In this document: positions 11,191 through 18,927 of the stretch, piece after piece
Layout: each line of letters begins with the position of its first letter
Numbering within the stretch: position 1 is the stretch's first letter
Notes under the pieces: model-generated
What the model saw: only the letters and a program-made list of their open reading frames with translations
Database searches by the model: none
What the model was told of the DNA's origin: nothing
NCBI GenBank assembly: GCA_964425955.1
Contig: CAYROQ010000011.1
Span: 1,917-65,916 of the forward strand
DNA length: 64,000 bases
Direction of reading: 5' to 3'
Source of the DNA: an uncultured Sideroxydans sp.
GTDB lineage: Bacteria; Pseudomonadota; Gammaproteobacteria; Burkholderiales; Gallionellaceae
Position numbers and translations under genes: made by a program

Positions 11191-12975
11191 CTAATTCGGA
11201 GCACCGCTCAGATCCAAATAGGCGACGACCTCGGATCCGTTTCCTCCATATTCCAAAATGTCGCAAATTCCCCTTAGAAGGCTGATTCCACGTCCATGTC
11301 TTACCAGGGTTTTACCCCCCCCGGGTTCCAATGCTGCGAAATCAAACCCTCCACCGCTGTCGCACATACGTATCTTTAACCAGTCTCCAAAACTCGACTG
11401 GATCCTTTCCAGACCGATCACGATCTGTCCCTCTCTCAGCCCGGCCAATCGCGCGGTACGTTCATCATAGTAGCGGCCCATACCATCCTCATGCTGTTTC
11501 AGGGCCGAGTCCAGTTTGAGCACGCCGTGATCCAATGCGTTGTTAAACAGTTCGGACAGCACCATGAAAATGGCACTGTCCGACTTGCCCGCTTCAATGG
11601 TGTTGGTGAGCCCGGTCAGCATGGGCACCACGTCCAGATATTTAAGTTGGGGGGCAGTCAATGTGAGATCCATTTTCCAGGTAACCTGATCGACCGAGTC
11701 TTCAATCTCTACGGCCGATTCATGCTGCGCAGCACTGGTCTTGGTCTCCTGATGCGGTAACGTTTTGGCAGGTGTAAACACGGCACAGTCTGCGCATACC
11801 AACGCGATGTCATCCCGGACGTGCTGGTTGCGCGATTTATCCGTGACGGATTGCACCAAGTACTCGAATTGGTTTGGCAGTTTGTGGCTTTCAAGCAGCC
11901 TCGCTTCCAGATCAAAAGCACTCCCCTGCTCCAGACCCAGTTCGGTCACACCATCCGAACACATGCACACACGACATTGTCTGCTGCCGTATTCATAATG
12001 CTCGATCGCGTTGTCAAAATCGCGTTCACCAAGCACACCCAGCGGCAAATGGGCCGACTTGAAACGGTGCAAGACGGCGCCATCCGCGTCCAGCACAAGC
12101 CCGTCCGGACAACCGCCATTCCAGGCCCGCACCGTGCGTTCCCGTGTATCAATTGCAATGACATTCGCAGCCACATATCGCGGGAGTGAGACGTATTTGC
12201 GCACCCGGTTATTCATCTCTTCCACAATGCTGGAGATATCAAATCCCTTCGCGGTCATCTTATAGAACGGCTCCACCACGGGCATGATAGTCAGTGCCGC
12301 CGCCAATCCATGGCCTGCGCTATCCGCCAGCATGACGTGCAAACAACCGTTGGGAGCACGCGCTGCGGCAATCAGATCACCGCCAAAATCCTCGGCCTGG
12401 ATCAGGTGAAACTTGACTGCCGCATCGGTGATGCGCTCAAGCGCGGACAATCTCTCCATAAATCGCACTGCAACAACCCGATCGTCTTCCACATGAGTCT
12501 GGAATTCGGCCAACTCTTTGTTCTGTAGCGACAATTGTGACAGCAAGCGCTGACGCTCATGCAGCGCTTTGATTTTGGCCTGCAACAATTCGAAGTGCAC
12601 CGGTTTGTGCAAATAGTCGTCCCCGCCGGCATGTAGTCCTTCAATGACATCCTCCGGCTTGGTCATCGCGGTCAGAAATACGATTGGAACCCGCCCCTGC
12701 TCCATCTGGCGCATTGCCCGTGCGGTATCGTAACCACTCATGGTCGGCATCATCACGTCCATCAGCACCATGTCCGGTTGCTGCTCGCGCAACAGTTCCA
12801 ACGCCCGTTGGGGGCCGTCGGCCAGTATAGGTACATGCCCCATTTTGCGCAGCATCGCCTCGATCACCAGGCGGTTGATGCGTTCGTCATCCACCAGCAA
12901 TATGCGCAAGGGAACGTGCGGCGAAAATTCGGAGTTAGGCACCTCCACCTCAATCCATCTTGAAAAGTTTGCCAA
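11191..12975 (-). CDS. Response-regulator receiver + PP2C (SpoIIE) phosphatase + RsbW-type HATPase Ser-kinase fusion (HsbR-like)
   Basis: 594 aa. The REC domain reads RILLVDDERINRLVIEAMLRKMGH...MVLMDVMMP. The PP2C/SpoIIE domain reads GGDLIAAARAPNGCLHVMLADSAGHGLAAAL...CSDGVTE. The C-terminal GHKL-like part reads LSELFNNALDHGVL...MCDSGGGFDF...GRGISLL. The start is uncertain, because the ORF-track start is a TTG that overlaps the STAS gene by 26 nt. Confidence 0.8.
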   Translation of the reverse strand: MANFSRWIEVEVPNSEFSPHVPLRILLVDDERINRLVIEAMLRKMGHVPILADGPQRALELLREQQPDMVLMDVMMPTMSGYDTARAMRQMEQGRVPIVFLTAMTKPEDVIEGLHAGGDDYLHKPVHFELLQAKIKALHERQRLLSQLSLQNKELAEFQTHVEDDRVVAVRFMERLSALERITDAAVKFHLIQAEDFGGDLIAAARAPNGCLHVMLADSAGHGLAAALTIMPVVEPFYKMTAKGFDISSIVEEMNNRVRKYVSLPRYVAANVIAIDTRERTVRAWNGGCPDGLVLDADGAVLHRFKSAHLPLGVLGERDFDNAIEHYEYGSRQCRVCMCSDGVTELGLEQGSAFDLEARLLESHKLPNQFEYLVQSVTDKSRNQHVRDDIALVCADCAVFTPAKTLPHQETKTSAAQHESAVEIEDSVDQVTWKMDLTLTAPQLKYLDVVPMLTGLTNTIEAGKSDSAIFMVLSELFNNALDHGVLKLDSALKQHEDGMGRYYDERTARLAGLREGQIVIGLERIQSSFGDWLKIRMCDSGGGFDFAALEPGGGKTLVRHGRGISLLRGICDILEYGGNGSEVVAYLDLSGAPN

Positions 12976-13267
12976 AATTGGCGATTATCAGGATCTTGCG
13001 CACCGTCTCGTTCGGCTTGCACAATTCCACGGTCTTGCCGGCTTCCTGCGCACGTTCGCGCATCAGCATCAGCATGCCCAGCGCGGAGCTGTCCAGATAT
13101 TCCACTTTGGAGAAATCGATGCGTATAGCCCGCACTGTTGTATCCGCCAGCAGAGGATTGTAGGCCGTCCGAAATTCTTTCTGCGTGTTGAAGTCAAACC
13201 GGCCGCCCAGATACATTGTTGCCATCCCGTCTGTCGTGGTGATATTGATCTGTGTTGTCATGGTCAT
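12950..13267 (-). CDS. STAS-domain anti-sigma-factor antagonist (HsbA/RsbV/SpoIIAA-like)
   Basis: 105 aa. The layout IRIDFSKVEYLDSSALGMLMLMRERAQEAG is typical of STAS. A candidate phospho-Ser lies in the DSSALG motif. Confidence 0.8.
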   Translation of the reverse strand: MTMTTQINITTTDGMATMYLGGRFDFNTQKEFRTAYNPLLADTTVRAIRIDFSKVEYLDSSALGMLMLMRERAQEAGKTVELCKPNETVRKILIIANFGKLFKMD

Positions 13268-13291
13268 CCTCCCGAATAGTTTCTAATTTTT

Positions 13292-14347
13292 TCACCGTGT
13301 AAATCGTGCCAGCACCCGTTGCGCCATGTCGCGTATGCCCACCACCTCATGCACCGCACCGATGTTGATGGCCTCGCGCGGCATGCCGAATACTACACAA
13401 GATGCCTCGTCCTGGGCCAAGTTATAGGCGCCCGCTTGGCGCATCTCAAGCATCCCAACCGCACCGTCCTTGCCCATTCCGGTGAGCATCACGCCGATGG
13501 CGTTAGACCCGGCTTGTTGTGCCACCGAGCGGAACAACACCTCGACCGAAGGCCGGTGATGATTGACCGGTTCGGATTGGCTCAATTCAGCGATGTAGTT
13601 GGTGCCGCTGCGCTTTAATAACAGATGGGAATGTCCGGGTGCGATATAGACATGCCCGGGCAATACCCGTTGATTGTGGGCAGCCTCGCACACGGTCATC
13701 TTGCACAATGTATCCAATCGCGCCGCGAAAGACTTGGTGAAAGCCTCGGGCATATGTTGCGTAACCAGGATGGCGGGCGTGTCCGCCGGCAGGGGGGTAA
13801 GAAATTCCTTGAGTGCTTCCGTGCCCCCGGTGGAAGCTCCCACCGCGATCAGTTTCTCGGTGGTCGTCAAACGGTTGCCGATGATCGGCAAATTCTGCGA
13901 CGGAAGCGATGCCTGTCTGGCCAGCGGACGCGACAGGAAAGCCACTTTGATCTTGGTGGCGATCTCTTCGGCATAGGCTTGCATACCCTCCGCCACACCC
14001 AGCTTGGGTTTGGAAACGAAATCGACCGCACCCAGTTCCAATGCACGCAGCGCAATCTCCGAACCGCGCTCGGTCAGACTGGAAATCATCAACACCGGCA
14101 TCGGTCGCAGGCGCATGATTTTTTCCAGAAACGTCAGCCCGTCCATCTGCGGCATCTCCACATCCAGCGTCAATACATCCGGATTCAGTGTCTTGATCAT
14201 CTCGCGTGCCATCAGCGGATTGCTGGCCACACCTACCGCCTCCATATCCGGCTGGCTGTTGATGATTTCTTTCAGAATGCTGCGGATCAGCGCCGAATCG
14301 TCGACGATGAGCACTCTGATTTTGCGCGGTTGTGTAATCTGATTCAT
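13292..14347 (-). CDS. cheB: Chemotaxis response regulator protein-glutamate methylesterase CheB
   Basis: 351 aa. An N-terminal REC domain ([13 protein letters not shown]...[12 protein letters not shown]) is joined to a methylesterase domain ([24 protein letters not shown]). Confidence 0.95.
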   Translation of the reverse strand: MNQITQPRKIRVLIVDDSALIRSILKEIINSQPDMEAVGVASNPLMAREMIKTLNPDVLTLDVEMPQMDGLTFLEKIMRLRPMPVLMISSLTERGSEIALRALELGAVDFVSKPKLGVAEGMQAYAEEIATKIKVAFLSRPLARQASLPSQNLPIIGNRLTTTEKLIAVGASTGGTEALKEFLTPLPADTPAILVTQHMPEAFTKSFAARLDTLCKMTVCEAAHNQRVLPGHVYIAPGHSHLLLKRSGTNYIAELSQSEPVNHHRPSVEVLFRSVAQQAGSNAIGVMLTGMGKDGAVGMLEMRQAGAYNLAQDEASCVVFGMPREAINIGAVHEVVGIRDMAQRVLARFTR

Positions 14348-14426
14348 TTTAATAACCCATCAATCCGTCATCCCCGCCTGCGCGGGAGTGACGGACCTTT
14401 TTTGAAATACAAATTGATTGTGTTCA

Positions 14427-15035
14427 TCAAAACAATTCCACATCACCCTGCACATCGGAGTTCTTGATGCGTTGGCCGTATTGCAACTCGCGCTGCAGGA
14501 TGGTGTCGTTATGCGCCACCCGCAATTGCTTGACCAATGTACGTCCCGTCTGCGGGAAGTAATACACCTTGCGCGGGAACAGCCCAAGCAGATCCTCGGC
14601 CAGCAGAGCGATCTTTTCCGTCTGCAGGTAATCGATCACAAACTCGGCATTGCGTTGGCCCACATTCGCCACGGTGAAGCCACGCAACACATTGCCCCCG
14701 CCAAATACCTTGGCTTCCAGATTGCTGCGTTTCGCGCCTGTCTTGAGCAACTGGTTGATCATCAACTCCATCGCGTAAGTGCCGTAACGCGCCGATGTGC
14801 CGGTTGGCGCAGTTTCGGAATCGCTGCCCGGCAGCATGAAATGATTCATGCCACCTACGCCGCTGGTACGGTCGCGAATACACGCGGCGACACACGAACC
14901 CAGCACCGTCACCAGCACCATATCGCGCCCGGTCACGTAATATTCACCGGGCAATATCTTGACCGCATCCGATTTAAAGTTGCGGTCAAAATACTGGTTG
15001 GGTGAGAGCACTTCTTCGTAATTATGGTCGGGCAT
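14427..15035 (-). CDS. cheD: Chemoreceptor glutamine deamidase CheD
   Basis: I trimmed the start to the ATG at 15035 (MPDHNYEE...). The motifs VTVLGSCVAACIRD and GMNHFMLPG are present. The protein ends in GDVELF. Confidence 0.9.
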   Translation of the reverse strand: MPDHNYEEVLSPNQYFDRNFKSDAVKILPGEYYVTGRDMVLVTVLGSCVAACIRDRTSGVGGMNHFMLPGSDSETAPTGTSARYGTYAMELMINQLLKTGAKRSNLEAKVFGGGNVLRGFTVANVGQRNAEFVIDYLQTEKIALLAEDLLGLFPRKVYYFPQTGRTLVKQLRVAHNDTILQRELQYGQRIKNSDVQGDVELF

Positions 15036-15045
15036 GTCGTCCCCG

Positions 15046-15948
15046 TTACACGGTGAATTTGTGCGGCTTCGTTGATTGGCTCGGTGCAGTCTGATGATGC
15101 GTTGCTTTGAATCCGTGTGAAAGTTCGTACACCGTCTTGCCGCGCAGCTTGAAATACGCGTCGGCGTGATAGAAATTTTCCGAATGGCCGGCGAACAGCA
15201 GGCCGTCCTCACGCAGCAGGGGAGCGAACTTCTTCAAGATGGCAAGCTGTGTCTCCTTGTCGAAATAGATCATCACATTGCGACAGAAAATACCGTCCAG
15301 TCCGCCATGGATCGGCCACTTGGCATCCAGCAGATTCAATTGGCGAAAGGTGATCAGACGTTGCAGTTCCGGACGCACCTTGACTTGCCCGGTATGACTT
15401 CCCTCGCCTTTTAGAAAGAATTTTTTGAGTTTCTCGTCTTCCAGTTTCTCCACGCGATCAATCGAATACACCCCTTTGCGCGCCGTTTCCAGTACGTTGG
15501 TATCCAGATCGGTCGCCAGAATGGTGACCGGCGGAGTGAAACTTTTGAAGGCTTCAACCGCCGTCATGGCCATGGAGTACGCCTCCTCGCCGGTCGAACT
15601 GGCCGAGCACCACAACTCGATCGGATGACTGCCGCGTTGTTGGAGCATGTGCTCGGCCAGCAGCGGAAAGTGGTGCGGTTCGCGAAAGAACGAGGTGAGA
15701 TTCGTGGTCAGAGAGTTAACGAACGCTTCCCACTCCTGCTCGTCGTTTTGCTCCAGCCGTTGCAGGTATGCACCGAACGTCCGGATGCCCGTAGCACGCA
15801 GGCGGCGCGACAGGCGGCTATAGACCAGTTCCTGTTTGCTGTCGCTCAGTGTGATGCCGGCATGCTCATGGATCATTTTGCGCACCCGGTGAAAATCCTG
15901 GGTGGTGAAATGAAACTCTCTGCTGTCCGGATCTTTCATCTCTGCCAT
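15046..15948 (-). CDS. cheR: Chemotaxis protein methyltransferase CheR
   Basis: The ATG at 15948 (MAEMKD...) is preferred over the TTG at 15966. The SAM-binding region is ELWCSASSTGEEAYSMAM..ILATDLD..FCRNVMIYFD. Confidence 0.93.
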   Translation of the reverse strand: MAEMKDPDSREFHFTTQDFHRVRKMIHEHAGITLSDSKQELVYSRLSRRLRATGIRTFGAYLQRLEQNDEQEWEAFVNSLTTNLTSFFREPHHFPLLAEHMLQQRGSHPIELWCSASSTGEEAYSMAMTAVEAFKSFTPPVTILATDLDTNVLETARKGVYSIDRVEKLEDEKLKKFFLKGEGSHTGQVKVRPELQRLITFRQLNLLDAKWPIHGGLDGIFCRNVMIYFDKETQLAILKKFAPLLREDGLLFAGHSENFYHADAYFKLRGKTVYELSHGFKATHHQTAPSQSTKPHKFTV

Positions 15949-16004
15949 ATTATTTACCCAACCCAATTTATCTTAGGAGCGGGCCATGACCGCGCCTGCA
16001 GTTC

Positions 16005-18872
16005 TTAAAATTCTTTCCAGTCGCCCTCTTCATCATCTTCTACCGCTGCGGGTAACGGGCGCGTACTGCGTTTCACCGGCGCGGGTTTCGGCGCCGCCGG
16101 TTTTGCCGGGGGCAGTTGGCGGGGAGCGCTGCGCACCGCTGCAATCGCGCGGGGTGCCTCCCCCGATAACGTGAAACTGCACATCATTTGAGCCAGCGCC
16201 TGTGCCTGCTCTTCCATCGACTCTGCCGCTGCGGCGGCTTCCTCGACCAGCGCCGCGTTCTGCTGGGTCACATCGTCCATCTGGGTGATCGCGGTGTTCA
16301 CCTGCTCAATGCCCTGACTCTGCTCGGACGAGGCGGCCGTGATCTCGCCCATGATGTCGGTCACGCGCTTGACGGCGTTGACCACTTCTTCCATGGTCTT
16401 GCCGGCCTTGTCCGCAAGCTCGGTGCCCAGGGTGACTTTGTCGACCGAGTCGCCGATCAGCGTCTTGATTTCTTTCGCCGCCGCCGCGCTGCGTTGGGCC
16501 AGGTTGCGCACTTCGGAGGCCACCACGGCAAATCCGCGTCCCTGTTCGCCTGCGCGTGCGGCTTCCACGGCGGCGTTCAGCGCCAGGATGTTGGTCTGGA
16601 AGGCGATGCCGTCGATGACGCTGATGATGTCGGCGATTTTCTTCGAGCTGTCACTGATGGACGACATGGTGTGCACGACTTGATTCACCACGTCGCCGCC
16701 TTTGGCCGCGACGTCGGAGGCGCCTACCGCCAGTTGGTTGGCCTGCCTGGCGTTTTCGGCGTTCTGTTTCACGGTCGAGGTGAGTTGTTCCATGCTGGCG
16801 GCAGTCTCTTCCAGACTGGAGGCTTGTTCTTCGGTGCGCTGCGACAGGTCGGTGTTGCCCGAGGCGATCTCTTTGGAGGCGGTGTTGATGGTGTCGGCCG
16901 CTTCTTTGATGCGGCTGATGGTCTCGGTCAGTTGCGCTACCGTGGCGTTCGAGTCTTCTTTCAATTGTCCGAACGTGCCCTGGTAATCCCCGCTCATAGT
17001 CTGGGTCAGGTCGCCATTGGACAACGCACCCAACACCCGCGCCACTTCTTCCAGTCCAACCGAGCTGGTCTCCAACAACTGGTTGATGTTCTGTGCCATT
17101 TGCAAAAAGAATCCGCTTTTACCTTCCAGCGTGATGCGTTGCGTAAAATCTCCGCGTGCTGCGGCCGCAACGATGTTGGCGATTTCTTCTTCCACCGCCA
17201 ACTCGATGGTGCGGTCTATCCATTCCACTGCCGAGCCCAGGTGGTCGCCTTTGTCATTGACCACCGCGCTCACCGTCAGCGTAAAGGTGCGGCCACCCAT
17301 CTTGATGGTGGCTTTTTGCGAACCGCGCAGGCGTTCCAGTATCTGTGCCTGATGTGCCGGATTCTTGTGGAACTGGTCGATATTGGAACCCAGCAGATTA
17401 TTCGCGTCGAAGTTGGGGAAGTCTTTGCGGATGGCTTCCTGCGCCGCCCGGAACATCTCGGTGATCGCCTTGTTCATGTAGATAATGTTGCGGTGCTTGT
17501 CTGCGATCATCACGTTGGTACTGACGTTGTCCAAGCCGATCTTGACGCGCGTCACCTCGTCATTGATGCGCCGGGCATCCGATACCTCGAAACCCATGCG
17601 GATCTGCATCGCCTTCATCGAGTACAACAACAAGCCGACTTCATCATCGCGTTTGACCGCGATCACATCGTGATAATGGCCTTGCGAGATACGCGTAAGT
17701 TGTTCCCGCGCGGTGCGGATCGGCTCCAGCACGGCCCGCAACAACAGCCAGGCCAAAATGAGCGCGAGGCCGGTCGAACCGGCGAACAATGCCACTTGAA
17801 TTTCTTCGCCCGTCTTTGACGCTTCCGCTGACTTCTCGTAGGCGTGGATCGCGCCTAACTTCTCATGCTCGGCTTGTGCCGCGATCGTTTCCTTGGCTTC
17901 CTGCAAGCGTGGATTGATAACCTCCAGCAGCAATACACCGGCGTTTTCAAATTCCCCAAGCCGGATAAATTCGGCTGCCGGAAGGATGCCTTCCTTGACA
18001 TAGGTCTCGCGCGCCGATTTGACCTTGGCCAGCAAGGCCCTGCCTTTTTCCGAATGCGCGTTTTCATCCAGCACGCGCATCACTTCATCGATGTCTGCTT
18101 TATTCTTGCTGATCGCCTCAAGATGTTTCGCGACGGGATGATCGTGAAGCCGGGCAAATTTACCTTTTGGATCATGTTGTAACGCCAGCATGATCTGCGC
18201 CCGGTTGTCCGCCAACAGGAACTGCAGGCGATTAACCTCGCTGTTTAATAACAAACGCCGGGTGGCCACGTCCCGGAACTGGTCGGACGTTTGTTGCACC
18301 GTAAGATAATTGAAGATCCCGGAGATCACCATCGCCGCAATCATGATCACGAACACACTGATCATGCGATTGCGTATGGTCATGTGCGACAGGCTGCGCT
18401 TGAAACCGTGATACATGCCACTGCCCACTGCCTTGCCTTCGAGGATGCGCAAACCGCCCTGCTTGCCTTCACGGAACAGACGATAAACTGCTTCGTGGGC
18501 TTCGATCTGCGCCCGCGTCGGTTTACTGCGTACTGACATGTAACCGATGCAACTGCCGCCCTCGAAAATGGGCGTGGCGTTGGCGATGACCCAGTAGAAC
18601 CCCCCGTCTTTGCGCCGGTTCTTCACCAATCCTGTCCACGGCCTGCCGGCTTTTAAGGTACGCCACAGATCGTCGAACGCCTCCACCGGCATGTCGGGAT
18701 GACGCACCAGATTGTGCGGCTGCCCAATCAATTCCTTTTCGGTGAATCCACTGGCTTCGATGAAGTCAGGGTTGACGTAGGTGATCAATCCCTTGGGATC
18801 GGTCTTGGAAACGATGGAAGAACCCTCTTTGAGTTCGTACTCGACGTTGGTTACGGGCAAATTGGTTCGCAT
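16005..18872 (-). CDS. Methyl-accepting chemotaxis protein: N-terminal cytoplasmic PAS, TM-bounded helical sensor, PAS, HAMP array, MA domain, C-terminal DWKEF
   Basis: I chose the ATG at 18872 with a GAGGAG Shine-Dalgarno, because the ORF-track start is a TTG. The Aer-like PAS reads [35 protein letters not shown]. The signalling hairpin reads [39 protein letters not shown]. The C-terminus is a Pro/Ala-rich linker followed by DWKEF. Confidence 0.92.
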   Translation of the reverse strand: MRTNLPVTNVEYELKEGSSIVSKTDPKGLITYVNPDFIEASGFTEKELIGQPHNLVRHPDMPVEAFDDLWRTLKAGRPWTGLVKNRRKDGGFYWVIANATPIFEGGSCIGYMSVRSKPTRAQIEAHEAVYRLFREGKQGGLRILEGKAVGSGMYHGFKRSLSHMTIRNRMISVFVIMIAAMVISGIFNYLTVQQTSDQFRDVATRRLLLNSEVNRLQFLLADNRAQIMLALQHDPKGKFARLHDHPVAKHLEAISKNKADIDEVMRVLDENAHSEKGRALLAKVKSARETYVKEGILPAAEFIRLGEFENAGVLLLEVINPRLQEAKETIAAQAEHEKLGAIHAYEKSAEASKTGEEIQVALFAGSTGLALILAWLLLRAVLEPIRTAREQLTRISQGHYHDVIAVKRDDEVGLLLYSMKAMQIRMGFEVSDARRINDEVTRVKIGLDNVSTNVMIADKHRNIIYMNKAITEMFRAAQEAIRKDFPNFDANNLLGSNIDQFHKNPAHQAQILERLRGSQKATIKMGGRTFTLTVSAVVNDKGDHLGSAVEWIDRTIELAVEEEIANIVAAAARGDFTQRITLEGKSGFFLQMAQNINQLLETSSVGLEEVARVLGALSNGDLTQTMSGDYQGTFGQLKEDSNATVAQLTETISRIKEAADTINTASKEIASGNTDLSQRTEEQASSLEETAASMEQLTSTVKQNAENARQANQLAVGASDVAAKGGDVVNQVVHTMSSISDSSKKIADIISVIDGIAFQTNILALNAAVEAARAGEQGRGFAVVASEVRNLAQRSAAAAKEIKTLIGDSVDKVTLGTELADKAGKTMEEVVNAVKRVTDIMGEITAASSEQSQGIEQVNTAITQMDDVTQQNAALVEEAAAAAESMEEQAQALAQMMCSFTLSGEAPRAIAAVRSAPRQLPPAKPAAPKPAPVKRSTRPLPAAVEDDEEGDWKEF
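16198..16952. repeat. 755-bp block identical to 19430..20184 (copy A, inside the MCP signalling domain)
   Basis: The offset is 3232 nt. The sense protein and two antisense ORF-track translations (16339..16683 = 19571..19915; 16702..16986 = 19934..20218 except the last residues) are identical. I checked the flanks by eye: mismatches occur at 16197/19429 and 16953/20185. Confidence 0.9.
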
Positions 18873-18927
18873 GACTACTCTCCTCAAAACTTATTTGGTC
18901 AATTTTCCAACACTTAATCGGCAAGCC

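Noticed and set aside
14360-14400. A hairpin CCGTCATCCCCGC-CTG-GCGGGAGTGACGG followed by TTTTTT on the plus strand, between cheD and cheB. It looks like a terminator.
   Set aside because: The T-run is on the plus strand, where no gene is transcribed. On the coding minus strand the hairpin is not followed by a U-run. It is possibly another REP-type element or an mRNA structure, but I cannot support it as a terminator.
14427-15212. N-terminally extended versions of several ORF-track entries: CheD 261 aa, CheY 156 aa, FlhD 129 aa, RppH 189 aa, SLT 245 aa, CheW 171 aa, Usp 148 aa, and MCP 567 aa and 960 aa.
   Set aside because: The extensions start at non-ATG codons or lack a Shine-Dalgarno sequence. 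They overlap upstream genes and add non-homologous residues. Internal ATGs with good Shine-Dalgarno sequences reproduce the canonical family N-termini, so I trimmed the coordinates accordingly.
16188-17819. A 543-aa ORF on the plus strand. Similar long antisense ORFs occur at 13625..14467, 19726..20307, 22524..23660, 27472..28413, 28379..29125, 29213..29941, 43604..44407, 55480..56349 and 4199..5017.
   Set aside because: Each lies entirely opposite a gene with unmistakable family motifs (MCP, CheB, CheA, CheZ/CheY, CheV, GspE, SucD, ProS). Their translations are Arg/His/Gly/Leu-rich low-complexity strings without recognisable domains or Shine-Dalgarno sequences. These are typical shadow ORFs of GC-biased codon usage.
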